A stretch of DNA of 63,493 bases, counting the filler. It is 3 parts of 3 records of this genome, joined end to end, with 100 filler letters (N's around TTAATTAATTAA, not from the genome) between each part and the next. Parts side by side here need not be neighbours in the genome. Positions count along the whole stretch, not along the records: positions 24,125 to 50,199 come from SRR20825006_133; 2 more parts are not named here. One strand, given 5' to 3'. Of this stretch, positions 29,031 through 39,753 are shown piece after piece; the stretch's first letter is position 1; every line of letters starts with the position of its first letter. A program made the translations under genes and the position numbers. A model generated the notes under the pieces. It had not been told where the DNA came from. It searched no databases and worked only from the letters and a program-made list of their open reading frames with translations.

Positions 29031-29104
29031 AATAAAAGGGATTTAAAGGTTCTAAAATGAGACTGCACAAGAAAGTGAGAGCACGAACTAAATACAAGCC
29101 TTAT

Positions 29105-29548
29105 TTAATTTTCCGAGTTCTCTCTTAGAAAAAATATGTAATCTGTAATTGGAGGCTCAATTTCGTTCTGGCGTAGGAGAAAAGCAATTTGTGCCCGATG
29201 GTGCTGCCCATGAATGATAAGATGCTGTAAAATATCAGCCACTTTGTTTGAAAAGACTGCACCTTTAGAGTTTTTATACACTATTATTTCCTCTAATTGC
29301 GCTCCAATATCTGAAAGAAGAGCACTATTGTTTTCAAAAAGCGTATTACACTCTTCTAAAGAATAGTTTGGCCAAATTTCTATAATGGGTTCTTTAGCAA
29401 GCACTCTATGCGCCCAAACACACTGGGTTTGTAGAATATGGCTCATTAATTTTAGGCACTCACTGTTTTCGTAAGTGACCGCTAAAACATCCAATACTTT
29501 TTTATTTGCCCAACGGTCGTATGCTATGAGTTGAGCCGGGAGAATCAC
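29105..29548 (-). CDS. DinB family protein
   Basis: YDRWAN, SHIL and HGQHHRAQI motifs. Confidence 0.88.
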   Translation of the reverse strand: MILPAQLIAYDRWANKKVLDVLAVTYENSECLKLMSHILQTQCVWAHRVLAKEPIIEIWPNYSLEECNTLFENNSALLSDIGAQLEEIIVYKNSKGAVFSNKVADILQHLIIHGQHHRAQIAFLLRQNEIEPPITDYIFFLRENSEN

Positions 29549-30225
29549 TAGATCCCTATTCCAAAGAATTTAGAGGCTCCATTTATTACAAATTGGACAC
29601 CAATAGCGAGAGCTATAAAGCCCATCATTCGGCTAATTACCGTCATGCCTGTTTTACCAATTAGCTTGTTCAACCATGGCGCAACTCTAAGAATGGCATA
29701 GGCAAGAATTGCGGTTATCAGAACAGCTACGCCGTTAATAACATAATCGTATATGTTGGTTGCTTGAGAGCCAAAACCAATTACCACTGCGATACTGCCT
29801 GGCCCAGAAAGTAACGGCATAGCTAATGGGCTAAAAGAGACATCTTCTTTCTCCTTAGCTTCTTCATGTTCTTCTTTTGATAGCTTTTTTCCACGGCTTT
29901 CAGGGTTTAACATTGCAAAACCTGCGCGTGCAATGACCAAACCGCCGGCAATTCTAATTCCTGATAAACTGATTCCAAAAAAGCTTAGAATATACGTTCC
30001 AGCTAATAAAAAGGTGATTAGCACACAAAACATGTACATACTCGACTTCCGAGCAGTACGTGCCATTTCTTCTTCGGTAGATCCCTCCGTTAACGAGAGA
30101 AACACTGGCATTGCTGTTAAAGGATTAACAACTGAGAATAGCGAAGTAAAACTTGCAATTAGTAATGCGCCCGCACCAATTATTTGAGTAGAAAAGGGGA
30201 CGATGTCTTTAAAAAATTCTTCCAT
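29548..30225 (-). CDS. MarC (NAAT) family membrane protein
   Basis: VNPL, GIRIAGG, PLAMPLLSGPGSI and SRMMG motifs. Confidence 0.92.
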   Translation of the reverse strand: MEEFFKDIVPFSTQIIGAGALLIASFTSLFSVVNPLTAMPVFLSLTEGSTEEEMARTARKSSMYMFCVLITFLLAGTYILSFFGISLSGIRIAGGLVIARAGFAMLNPESRGKKLSKEEHEEAKEKEDVSFSPLAMPLLSGPGSIAVVIGFGSQATNIYDYVINGVAVLITAILAYAILRVAPWLNKLIGKTGMTVISRMMGFIALAIGVQFVINGASKFFGIGI

Positions 30226-30347
30226 TATCCACTAAAGATACGCACCTTTATTGAAAATAAAATGTTCTTTGGTAACAGCTTTTATCAAAGGTTAACTTTA
30301 TTTCCTCCACTATTATTATATTTTGTCACTGCATAAAATTTACCACT

Positions 30348-30824
30348 ATGAATACTACCGAACTTATCACGCTTAGCGAAAAATTAATTCCATCAGTGCA
30401 CGAAATTCTCTCGAGAGAAGTAACACGAGATGAAAAACTATTCGCTATCTGCGAACTCCTAGCTGACAAGGTTGATTACTTTGACTGGGTTGGCTTTTAC
30501 ATTGCTGACCCAAGCGGAGCTAAAGTACTTGTGCTCGGCCCTTTTGTGGGTGAAGCAACCGACCATACTCGTATTCCTTATGGAAAAGGAATATGTGGTC
30601 AAGTGGCTATTAGCCATGAGACTTTTGTTTCGCAAGATGTGCATTCAGAAGACAATTATTTATCGTGTAGCTTTAATGTGCATTCAGAGATAGTTGCTCC
30701 TATTATGAAAGATGGTGCCTTTGTTGCCCAACTTGATATCGATTCACATCTTAAAGATTCGATTACCCCTGAAAAACGAGAACTTGTTGAAGAAATTTGT
30801 AATCTTTTATCTAAAGAGTTTTAA
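30348..30824 (+). CDS. GAF-domain protein, free methionine-R-sulfoxide reductase (MsrC)-like
   Basis: WVGFY, LGPFVG, GKGICG, SC..SEIV and LDIDS motifs. Confidence 0.85.
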   Translation: MNTTELITLSEKLIPSVHEILSREVTRDEKLFAICELLADKVDYFDWVGFYIADPSGAKVLVLGPFVGEATDHTRIPYGKGICGQVAISHETFVSQDVHSEDNYLSCSFNVHSEIVAPIMKDGAFVAQLDIDSHLKDSITPEKRELVEEICNLLSKEF

Positions 30825-30826
30825 TC

Positions 30827-31177
30827 ATGAGTTATTCCCTTACCGACGAAACGTCAATTGATACCCTTATTTTTTGGATTGAAAGTTCTGATGGCAGTAT
30901 TTCCTATGAAGAACAAAAGGCCGTTCAGCGAATATTGGATAACATGCGTTACGATATGAGTACTTTTCAGAATACTCTAAGCCATATAGCTGCTATGAGT
31001 ACCGAGCATTTACAAGAGCTTTTTGAAGAAGCTATTTCGCATGTCAAAGGAAATTTTTCTGACGAAGGAAAACGCCTTACATACCAGCTTCTCGAAACCA
31101 TTGCTGGTAGTAATGGTGATATCAGCAAAGCTGAACAAGAGAAATTGACTCGCTTAAAAAGTGAATTTGGCGTCTAA
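30827..31177 (+). CDS. TerB-like helical protein
   Basis: Duplicated SDG.IS.EE / SNGDIS.AE motifs. Confidence 0.6.
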   Translation: MSYSLTDETSIDTLIFWIESSDGSISYEEQKAVQRILDNMRYDMSTFQNTLSHIAAMSTEHLQELFEEAISHVKGNFSDEGKRLTYQLLETIAGSNGDISKAEQEKLTRLKSEFGV

Positions 31178-31180
31178 GTT

Positions 31181-31762
31181 TTGATTGATAATTATCTCCA
31201 AAGTACTAAACAGCAGTTTGAATACTACAAATTACTAGGAGAGCTCAGTTTTGAACAGCTTGAAGAAAACCAGTTGTTCTGGAAATTCAACCAAGAGAGT
31301 AATTCAGTAGCCATTATTGTCAACCACCTTTGGGGAAACATGATGTCGCGATGGTCAGATTTCCTTACTACTGATGGCGAAAAAGAATTCCGAAATCGTG
31401 ACCTAGAATTTGAGGAAGTTATTTCATCAAAAGAAGAGTTGTTACTAAAATGGAATGAAGGCTGGACTTGCCTTTTCGAAGCTCTAAATTCTGTGAATGA
31501 AAATAACTGGGAAACAGAAGTTTACATCCGAAACCAAGGCCACACTGTAGTTGAAGCTATAAATCGACAGCTTACTCATTATTCTTATCATATTGGGCAG
31601 ATTGTTTACATAGCCCGTATGCAAAAAGGGGAAGCTTGGGAAAGCTTATCTATCCCAAAAGGGAACTCTGCAAACTACAACAAAGAGAAGTTTTCGCAGG
31701 AAAAACACCACGAGCATTTTACGGATGAATTTCTCGGAAAAAAGGATACCCCTCAAAGTTGA
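31181..31762 (+). CDS. DUF1572 (DinB-like) protein
   Basis: NSVAIIVNHLWGNM.SRW.DFLTTDGEK and HYSYHIGQI motifs. Confidence 0.88.
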   Translation: MIDNYLQSTKQQFEYYKLLGELSFEQLEENQLFWKFNQESNSVAIIVNHLWGNMMSRWSDFLTTDGEKEFRNRDLEFEEVISSKEELLLKWNEGWTCLFEALNSVNENNWETEVYIRNQGHTVVEAINRQLTHYSYHIGQIVYIARMQKGEAWESLSIPKGNSANYNKEKFSQEKHHEHFTDEFLGKKDTPQS

Positions 31763-31897
31763 ATTGCTCTTTCCTGACAAGCGATGATTTATCTTGTATT
31801 TTAGATGCCAGTTAATTCGTTGGCAGGTCTAATAAATTAACTGACATCTATAGGGATGACCGAGCTTCTGTTTATCGATATCTAACATCTTCAAATC

Positions 31898-32581
31898 TCA
31901 CTTCTGTGTAGCTACCAAAGTTGCAATATGGAGATTATTACTGTGGTTCACTCTTAAGCCAAATATTCCATCCGTTGAAATGCCTTCCGAAGGTATACTC
32001 GTTAGCTTTTGATCATTTAGATAAAAAGTAATTTTCTCAGCAGAAATGTTTACTTCAAAATTATTCTCTGCTGTAGATTCTGTTTTATCCGTAAACATCG
32101 TCATCGCGTCTGTAGCCGTCCAACCTTTTATTGTTGCGGTTTCGCTTCCAGCCCTAGTTTTTATCAGGTATTCGCCTGTATTTCTAATCAGAAAATATAC
32201 GTATTCTTGATTTTCTTTGTCTAGGTTTTTGCCGCCAAAAATCATACCAAAAGCTTCTCTATTACGCCCTTTGGTATCAAATAAGTAGATCTTAGATTTG
32301 ATATTATAATTACCACTTACAGTATTTTCTGGATGATAGAAAATAGCTGATGGCCCTGTAGTAATATGCCAGCCTGGCGTCATGTTTACGAAATAGATAT
32401 CGGCAGTTTCGCTGTCATCACCAATTTTAGTTTCAACATTTGGATGATCTAAACGTACGCTCCAACCTTCTGGAACTTTTAGGTCTTCGCCCTGTGGAGT
32501 AGAGCCATCTGGCCGATTTTGCGCTATTAATCCTGTACATAAAAACGTGAGCACAACGAAAGCAGTTGTTAATTTCTTCAT
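31898..32581 (-). CDS. Secreted hypothetical protein, beta-sandwich (DUF1080/LamG-like)
   Basis: Signal peptide ending LIA-Q; beta-rich, ends G.FGLRVNH. Confidence 0.6.
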   Translation of the reverse strand: MKKLTTAFVVLTFLCTGLIAQNRPDGSTPQGEDLKVPEGWSVRLDHPNVETKIGDDSETADIYFVNMTPGWHITTGPSAIFYHPENTVSGNYNIKSKIYLFDTKGRNREAFGMIFGGKNLDKENQEYVYFLIRNTGEYLIKTRAGSETATIKGWTATDAMTMFTDKTESTAENNFEVNISAEKITFYLNDQKLTSIPSEGISTDGIFGLRVNHSNNLHIATLVATQK

Positions 32582-32655
32582 ATCTACATCCTTTAAAGTT
32601 GTTAATCTAATTTTTGGGACAGTTACTCTCTACTTCTACTAATGTGGCTTACTAA

Positions 32656-33414
32656 CTACAGCCAATCAACAATGTCGTCTTTCTTTTCTACTTCAACATA
32701 TTTATTGAAGATTTCATACAGGCTTGCATTTTCTTCGAGCGTTTTACGGCTTACAGCATCGACATAGGCTATAATTCGCCCTTTATGTAAAATGGCAATA
32801 TCATCGCAAAGGTTTTCAACCACTTCTAGAATATGGCTCGTTATAATTATCGTAACGCCTTTTGCTTTTAGCTTTCGGATAATAGTTTTCATCCGCTCAA
32901 TAGAAATCACATCTACTGACTCAAAAGGCTCATCCAGAAATAATACTTTAGGCTCGGTTAGCACCGCTGTAACAAAAGCCAGTTTCTTTCTACTTCCCGA
33001 CGAAAGTTTGTGAATTTTTATTTTAGCGAAGTCTTTAATTTCGAAAAAATCGAGTAAGGCATAGGCCTTCTCAACCAAACCGTTTTTCTCCACCATGTAG
33101 ATGTCACAAATGTACTCGATAAATTCTAAGCTCGTGAACTGTTCAAAAAGTAATGGTGGCTGAAGTACTGAAGCAATTTGTTTCTTTATAGCTTCTTCGT
33201 TTTCATCACCAAAAAGAAGTTCTCTTATAGTGACATAGCCATCATCGTAACTCAACAAACCTGTAAGCACACCAATCAAAGTACTTTTTCCCGCACCATT
33301 AGGCCCAATCAAGCCGAAAATGCTTCCCTCAGGAATTTCTAAATCTAATTCTTTTAGAACTACATCTTCGTCGTAGCTTTTAATAAGCCCCGAAATTTTA
33401 ACCGCGCTAGGCAT
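32656..33414 (-). CDS. ABC transporter ATP-binding protein (exporter type)
   Basis: GPNGAGKST, LSSG signature, LFLDEP and SH motifs; start placed at ATG 33414 (MPSAV), overlapping the lgt stop. Confidence 0.92.
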   Translation of the reverse strand: MPSAVKISGLIKSYDEDVVLKELDLEIPEGSIFGLIGPNGAGKSTLIGVLTGLLSYDDGYVTIRELLFGDENEEAIKKQIASVLQPPLLFEQFTSLEFIEYICDIYMVEKNGLVEKAYALLDFFEIKDFAKIKIHKLSSGSRKKLAFVTAVLTEPKVLFLDEPFESVDVISIERMKTIIRKLKAKGVTIIITSHILEVVENLCDDIAILHKGRIIAYVDAVSRKTLEENASLYEIFNKYVEVEKKDDIVDWL

Positions 33415-34282
33415 GAGCTTTTGTTTTCTTTTTGGCAGTAAAATACTTCGCAGCATAGCCTACCGTAAATATACCATACAATAGTAATACTATTTGCAGG
33501 TTCGTCATATTCATCATGGTCGTTCCTTCATTATCGGCACGTAGAAACTCGAGAGCAAAACGTAATAGTGCATATCCACCGGTATGAATAAAGAAGATAA
33601 GTGGTGATTTTTTATCAGCTTGGAAGTATTTATTGAATACCCAGAGCACAATTCCAATTAACAGAAAGTCACCGGCCATTTCGTAGAGTTGTGTTGCATG
33701 TAGCGCTACGCTCATAGTCGAAGCTTGGTCAACTAAACCATTTTCAAATGAGTACTGCCATGCAGAGCTCGAAATTCTATATTCGGTTTCAAATGCAGGG
33801 ACAGTAGTTCCGTACCGTGGAAATTGAACACCTAAGAACGACGAAGTTGCTTTGCCATAAGCATCTCCATTTAGAAAGCAACCAATTCTTCCTAGCCCTT
33901 GGCCAAGTAAAATACCTGGAGAGAGAATGGAGAAATACTCCCAATAGTTCATCTTATTTTTGCGAGTGTATAGCCATCCACCAAACATCCCACCAACAAG
34001 CCCACCAGTAATGCTATTTCCGGCGCCGGTTAAGCTTAAAATGATGCTTGGATCGGCTAAGAATCTATCTGACTCCCAAAATAGATAATGCGAAACGCGT
34101 GCACCAACAAGTGCCCAAAGTATTGCCCAAAGAACCAATCCTTCAAACTTATCTACTTTTCCTCCATATTTCTCTACGCGTTTATAGATCCACCAAACTG
34201 CAAGCACAATAGAAATGAGAAAGTACATTCCTTCGTAAAAGTATATTTGATTAAATCCCAAATCGAGATGTATTGGTAACAT
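33407..34282 (-). CDS. lgt: Prolipoprotein diacylglyceryl transferase family protein (divergent)
   Basis: GARVSHY, GQGLGRIGCFLNGD, HATQLYE and RFALEFLR motifs. Confidence 0.85.
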   Translation of the reverse strand: MLPIHLDLGFNQIYFYEGMYFLISIVLAVWWIYKRVEKYGGKVDKFEGLVLWAILWALVGARVSHYLFWESDRFLADPSIILSLTGAGNSITGGLVGGMFGGWLYTRKNKMNYWEYFSILSPGILLGQGLGRIGCFLNGDAYGKATSSFLGVQFPRYGTTVPAFETEYRISSSAWQYSFENGLVDQASTMSVALHATQLYEMAGDFLLIGIVLWVFNKYFQADKKSPLIFFIHTGGYALLRFALEFLRADNEGTTMMNMTNLQIVLLLYGIFTVGYAAKYFTAKKKTKAHA

Positions 34283-34309
34283 AAATTCTTTGCTTACTTA
34301 ATTAAATTT

Positions 34310-35857
34310 CTAGTCCATCCATAAACGCTTGAGAACCTGTTTTTTAAATAGGCTCACAAGTACATCCATATGTCGCCAAAGGTAAATGCCTATCACAACA
34401 ATAACCACGCTCATTATAGTAATTCTGTACCACTCTAAACCTTCTAGTGGTACAAAAACCAAATAACCAACCGTAAAAATAGCGAATGAAATTAAAAAAG
34501 TTACTTTTTGTGGAATAATTGGATGCTTATAACTGAACGATGAATACGTTGCTTTCTGATATTGATAATAAGAACTCCATATAAAAAGGAGCATAAAACA
34601 GAGGAAGAAAAAGCTATTTCCTATAAATATCTTAACAACATGCCCTACTTCCGGTATCAAAAGAATCTCGAAAATAGTAATGAGATAAAACACGAACAAA
34701 GGCAACAAAAACACCCCTAAAAACCGCTCTTTAAGCTGTTGCTCCAATTTTATGGGAAATTGAAGATGCATGAGTAATTCTCGGTTTTCGTAACCGTACA
34801 TATTGGCCATTCCCATTGCCAACAGTGCAACAGGTATTCCCGCCAAAATTGTGGGAATTAAAATAGATTTTGCCATCGGATAGTTAAGCTGCATTAACAA
34901 TGGCACATAAACCAACGGAATGATGGCAAGCGTTAGCACCTGAAGCTTGTTGTAAGGATGAATCATTACATAATAATAGTATTTACCAGCGTTTCTGCCC
35001 AATACTTTACGTAAGAAAACCCAAAGTTTACTACTTTGCTCTTCAGCTTTTTTTACGGTGGGGTTTAATAGCCCTTGTGAAGTTTTGTTGAAATGATCAA
35101 CGAGTATCAGCCCTATCAAAACCACAAGAAAGAAAATGATTGTAGATGCCGTAACCCAATCGTACTCTAACCTTACTGTTCTTAATAATAAACCACCTGG
35201 TAGCCAAGAAAGAAAGGCGTTTATGGTATCAACTTGTGGAATAATTTTTGTGAATATTTCTTTCGAGTTGTCAGAAAATATAGAAACAGCTTCAAATAGC
35301 CCGAATACAACAATTAGAAAGCCTACCATTACAGCTATAAACCTACGTTCTACAATCCGTAAGAACCGATGTTTAATGGAGTAAATAAGTACATAGTTAA
35401 AAGTTACTGCAAGCACACCAACTAGCACTTGGTAGAAGTGCGAAACTTGTAACATCAAGAAAATAATCCAAGTGAAGTTGTAAATAATGTTTACAGGGTG
35501 GCAAAAACCAATCCACATTAAATAGCGGGAAAGTCTTTTTAGGGGAAAGCCAAAGCCTAAAAGTTTTCGGTTTTCTTCGAGATTCAATAACCTGAGATTG
35601 GTAAAAGAAAAATGCATTATCCAATAGCAGTTGGTAAACACGAGTAATAGAAATAGATAGATTTCTGGGGTGAGCCATGGGATTTGCGTTTTCATCCATG
35701 GGTCGGTGTCTAACAGACTTACAACTATAGCTGTACCCACAAGATTGACAAGCATTACGCCTAAAAACATGATATAGCCTATTAATAACAGTAGCTGTAC
35801 CTTGTTTAGGTTGGAAACAAAAATTTTCCAGTTAAGAAATAATAGCCTTGCGAACAT
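34310..35857 (-). CDS. Multi-pass membrane protein, probable ABC-exporter permease
   Basis: About 12 hydrophobic segments in two halves; upstream of an ABC ATPase on the same strand. Confidence 0.7.
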   Translation of the reverse strand: MFARLLFLNWKIFVSNLNKVQLLLLIGYIMFLGVMLVNLVGTAIVVSLLDTDPWMKTQIPWLTPEIYLFLLLVFTNCYWIMHFSFTNLRLLNLEENRKLLGFGFPLKRLSRYLMWIGFCHPVNIIYNFTWIIFLMLQVSHFYQVLVGVLAVTFNYVLIYSIKHRFLRIVERRFIAVMVGFLIVVFGLFEAVSIFSDNSKEIFTKIIPQVDTINAFLSWLPGGLLLRTVRLEYDWVTASTIIFFLVVLIGLILVDHFNKTSQGLLNPTVKKAEEQSSKLWVFLRKVLGRNAGKYYYYVMIHPYNKLQVLTLAIIPLVYVPLLMQLNYPMAKSILIPTILAGIPVALLAMGMANMYGYENRELLMHLQFPIKLEQQLKERFLGVFLLPLFVFYLITIFEILLIPEVGHVVKIFIGNSFFFLCFMLLFIWSSYYQYQKATYSSFSYKHPIIPQKVTFLISFAIFTVGYLVFVPLEGLEWYRITIMSVVIVVIGIYLWRHMDVLVSLFKKQVLKRLWMD

Positions 35858-36021
35858 TCTTAATGATACTGAATTTGAACTAAGCTTTTGTGTTGAAGTG
35901 CGAACTAATTGAAAATTAATACTCTGTTAATCATCGCCCTTATACTTCCTACTTCGTTTTGCTTAAGTTTTGACCTTTTCTACAGATGTTGAAACAACGC
36001 TCTTGAATTTCTTAGTATAAT

Positions 36022-36054
36022 AAAAAAAGCAGTTCCCGAAAAGAAACTGCTTTT
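36022..36054 (-). terminator. Intrinsic terminator after the outer-membrane protein gene
   Basis: AAAAGCAGTT...AACTGCTTTT stem; the A-run gives a U-tail on the minus strand. Confidence 0.75.
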
Positions 36055-36076
36055 AAATCATTTATTCTGCTCTTGT

Positions 36077-36667
36077 TTAAAAAGCGATACCTACCGTAAG
36101 AGCAATGGCTCCGTTTTTTGCTTCTTCATTGAAATTATCTTTAGCTGCAGCAGTAAGTCCCGCGGTGTAACGTACTCCTACTCTAAACTTACTTACATCA
36201 ACACCCGCGCCTACAATTACACCGAAATCTGTATCTTCGGTTTGATCATCTAAGTTTAGAGATGCATCATCGTTTTTAATCTCAGACTTTATATTAAATC
36301 CCATATATGGCCCAAAATATACATTCGGTTTTACGCCAGGTGTTGGGAATCCAAACTTAAGAAGCACTGGAACTTGTAGGTAGTTTACATTGAAACTTGC
36401 GTCCGAGTCTTCGATATTTGACCCATATTGACTATAAAGAATCTCTGGCTGGATAGACATTGGAGTGGCAGGGATGTTGAAGTCAACAAATGCCCCAACT
36501 AACACCCCTGGCTTATATTCTACTCCATCAACATTATTGAATGTAGAGTAATTAAGCCCACCTTTAATACCAAACTGGGGGAGTACTTGGGCTTGAGCTT
36601 TTTGGGTGCTAAAAGTTACTAATGCTAAAAGGGTAAGTAGAAAGCTTATTTTAAATGTGTTTCTCAT
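36077..36667 (-). CDS. Outer-membrane beta-barrel (porin family) protein
   Basis: Signal peptide; FGIKGGLN, QPEILYSQ and YLQVPVLLK motifs; terminal Phe. Confidence 0.88.
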   Translation of the reverse strand: MRNTFKISFLLTLLALVTFSTQKAQAQVLPQFGIKGGLNYSTFNNVDGVEYKPGVLVGAFVDFNIPATPMSIQPEILYSQYGSNIEDSDASFNVNYLQVPVLLKFGFPTPGVKPNVYFGPYMGFNIKSEIKNDDASLNLDDQTEDTDFGVIVGAGVDVSKFRVGVRYTAGLTAAAKDNFNEEAKNGAIALTVGIAF

Positions 36668-36745
36668 AATGGTTTTTTAAATGAAAATTCAATCAGTTAA
36701 AACCATTTTCTAAAAATATGTTCCGAATTTCTAAGTCAGTGTTTT

Positions 36746-39553
36746 CTATAAATACTCTTTTAAATACTTACCTGTATAGCTATTTTCAATAGTAACTATT
36801 TCTTCGGGTGTGCCTTCAGCTACAATTTGTCCGCCACCAAAGCCACCCTCAGGTCCCACATCTATAATCCAGTCTGCGCATTTTATTACATCTAGATTAT
36901 GTTCAATAATAATCACTGAGTGCCCCGCATTTACAAGCTCGTTAAATGCATCCATTAGCTTAGTAACATCTTCAAAGTGAAGACCTGTTGTAGGCTCATC
37001 AAAGAAATAGACAGTGTGTTCTGAGTTTTGCTTTGTGAGAAACCTTGCCAATTTCACTCTTTGCGCTTCGCCACCTGATAGCGTAGTTGCACTTTGTCCC
37101 AATTTCAAATAACCCAAGCCAACCGCTTCTAATGGAGTCAGCTTATTGGTGATTGTAGTTTCGTCTACAAAGAAATCGAGTGCCTCAGAAATTGGCATGT
37201 CTAAAACATCGAAAATACTTTGTCCTCTGTACTTTACAGCGAGCACATCTTTTCTGAATCGCTTACCGTTGCACACTTCGCAGGTAAGTTCAATGTCTGC
37301 CATAAATTGCATTTCAATTTTTTGAACGCCTTCACCTTGGCAAGTTTCGCATCTACCACCAGGAACGTTAAATGAAAAGTGCCCTGGAGTATATCCCATA
37401 ATTTTAGCCTGACGAGTATTTGCGAACACGTCACGGATTCCATCAAACGCTTTGGTATATGTAGCAGGGTTTGATCGAGTAGATCGCCCAATTGGGCTTT
37501 GGTCAACCATTTCAACATTGTGAATGGATCCTATTCCAGAAATATCTCTAAACCGCCCTACTTTTTGATTGTAAGCTCCGATGTGCTTTTGAATTCCTCC
37601 GTAAAGCGTATCGTGCACCAAGGTAGATTTCCCAGAACCTGAAACACCTGTTACCACAACCAACATCCCCAAAGGAAATTCTACCGTTACATTCTTAAGA
37701 TTGTGTTCACTAGCGCCCTCAATTCGTACACTTTTTCCGTTCCCTGGCCGGCGCTTTTCAGGAACTTCAATTTCTTTTCTTCCACTTAAAAACTTCCCCG
37801 TTAAAGAATCGGATTTTATCAATTCATCATACGTGCCTTGAAAAACCACTTCTCCACCATGAACTCCTGCAAATGGACCGATGTCAATAATATTATCTGC
37901 GGCTTTCATCATTTCTGGGTCATGCTCTACTACAAGTACGGTATTTCCAATATCACGAAGTGACTCTAAAATACTTATCAATCGATCATTATCTTTTGGA
38001 TGAAGGCCTATAGTCGGCTCATCAAGAACATACATACTACCGATTAGTGAACTCCCCAGAGCATTGGAAAGGCTAATTCGCTGAGATTCTCCACCACTTA
38101 ATGTGTTTGCAAGTCGATCAAGCGTTAGATAATCTAAACCAACTTCATCAAGATATTTGAGCCGTTTTCTAATTTCATACAGAATTTGGCCCGCCACACT
38201 TTGTTCAAATTCAGTGAGCTCTAACTCGTCAAAATATTTACGAGCGTGACCGATTGTAAGTTCTGAAACTTCCCCAACATGCATATCGCCTACAATAATG
38301 TATTGTGCATCTTTGCGAACACGGTATCCTTCGCATTCTGGACAACGGCTATAACCACGGTAACGAGAATACAATACGCGCATATGTACTTTGTACGCTT
38401 GATTTTTCACTTCTTCAAAGAAGTTCCAAACACCTATGTAGCCATCTTTACCGTTCCAGATAATGCTTTTGACTTCTTTCGGTAAATCGATATATGGCGT
38501 ATCGATTGAAAATTTCTCACTAGCAGCTACTTTTATTAAATCTTTTAGATGTGAGCTAAATTTCTGGGAACTAAACGGAGCAATAACACCGTCTCTGATT
38601 GTCATCTCGGGATCCGGAATAACTAAATCTTCGTCAATACCTGCCACTCGTCCAAAACCTTCGCATTTCGGGCATGCACCAAACGGGTTGTTAAATGAAA
38701 ACATTTGTGGAGTTGGCTCCATAAACTCAATGCCATCCAATTCAAACCGTTCACTAAAAACGAGTTCTTCTCCATCTCGCATTTTAATGGAACATCGACC
38801 ACTTCCTTCCTGAAAAGCTGTTTCTAAAGAACCTGCAATTCGTGTTAGCGTAGCTTCGTCATCTTTTACCGCCAGCCTATCTACTAAAACTCTATACTGA
38901 GTTGCCTTTATTTTAACCCCACTCTGGTTTGGATCGGTCAAGTCTAGAATCTGCTCGTCTTTCATATTTAAAAGTCGAGTAAATCCTTTTTCCTTCAGAA
39001 CTTTTAGTTCTTCTTCTTGCTTATTCTTTCTATTCGCGGTAATTGGAAAAAGTATATAGAATCGAGCGCCTTCTTTCTGAGTTTCAAAAAGCTCTTTGAT
39101 AACTGTTTTAGTACTGTCTTTCTTTACTTGCTTGCCAGATACGGGAGAAATTGTTCGCCCAACCCTCGCAAAGAGAAGCCTTAAATAATCATAAATCTCC
39201 GTGGTAGTACCAACGGTTGAACGAGGGTTACTCGTGGTCGTTTTCTGCTGAATTGCCATAGCAGGAGAAATGCCCTGCATAAAATCCACTTCGGGCTTAT
39301 CCATTCGTTCAAGAAACTGCCGGGCATAACTCGATAAACTTTCAACATAACGGCGCTGACCTTCAGCATAAATCGTATCGAATGCCAAACTTGATTTCCC
39401 TGAACCTGAGACACCCGTTACTACGGTGATTTTATTTCGAGGGATCTCGACGTCTATATTTTTAAGATTGTGCGTACGCGCGCCCCTAATAATTATAGGC
39501 CGCTCTTGTGCGTGTACTTTCGCTTGTGTTGTAGACGTGTTGTTTTTTGCCAT
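36746..39553 (-). CDS. uvrA: Excinuclease ABC subunit UvrA
   Basis: Two GVSGSGKS P-loops, LSGGE signatures, CxxC zinc motifs, HNLKN. Confidence 0.96.
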   Translation of the reverse strand: MAKNNTSTTQAKVHAQERPIIIRGARTHNLKNIDVEIPRNKITVVTGVSGSGKSSLAFDTIYAEGQRRYVESLSSYARQFLERMDKPEVDFMQGISPAMAIQQKTTTSNPRSTVGTTTEIYDYLRLLFARVGRTISPVSGKQVKKDSTKTVIKELFETQKEGARFYILFPITANRKNKQEEELKVLKEKGFTRLLNMKDEQILDLTDPNQSGVKIKATQYRVLVDRLAVKDDEATLTRIAGSLETAFQEGSGRCSIKMRDGEELVFSERFELDGIEFMEPTPQMFSFNNPFGACPKCEGFGRVAGIDEDLVIPDPEMTIRDGVIAPFSSQKFSSHLKDLIKVAASEKFSIDTPYIDLPKEVKSIIWNGKDGYIGVWNFFEEVKNQAYKVHMRVLYSRYRGYSRCPECEGYRVRKDAQYIIVGDMHVGEVSELTIGHARKYFDELELTEFEQSVAGQILYEIRKRLKYLDEVGLDYLTLDRLANTLSGGESQRISLSNALGSSLIGSMYVLDEPTIGLHPKDNDRLISILESLRDIGNTVLVVEHDPEMMKAADNIIDIGPFAGVHGGEVVFQGTYDELIKSDSLTGKFLSGRKEIEVPEKRRPGNGKSVRIEGASEHNLKNVTVEFPLGMLVVVTGVSGSGKSTLVHDTLYGGIQKHIGAYNQKVGRFRDISGIGSIHNVEMVDQSPIGRSTRSNPATYTKAFDGIRDVFANTRQAKIMGYTPGHFSFNVPGGRCETCQGEGVQKIEMQFMADIELTCEVCNGKRFRKDVLAVKYRGQSIFDVLDMPISEALDFFVDETTITNKLTPLEAVGLGYLKLGQSATTLSGGEAQRVKLARFLTKQNSEHTVYFFDEPTTGLHFEDVTKLMDAFNELVNAGHSVIIIEHNLDVIKCADWIIDVGPEGGFGGGQIVAEGTPEEIVTIENSYTGKYLKEYL

Positions 39554-39688
39554 AGTAGATAGTTATCGAACCCTGAATATATGGTTTTGAATGGTTTGAA
39601 TAGATACTATTTATAACAATTATTAACCGATACGGATTCATATCAATTCATTTCTTTTCTTTTCGCTGTAAGTACCAACATTTAGAAC

Positions 39689-39719
39689 AAAAAAAGGCGC
39701 TGGTTTCAACCAACGCCTT
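39689..39719 (-). terminator. Intrinsic terminator after the DUF4097 gene
   Basis: AAGGCGCTGG...CCAACGCCTT stem preceded by an A-run. Confidence 0.7.
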
Positions 39720-39753
39720 ATGAACTAACTAACATTTAGGAGTGAACTAACAA

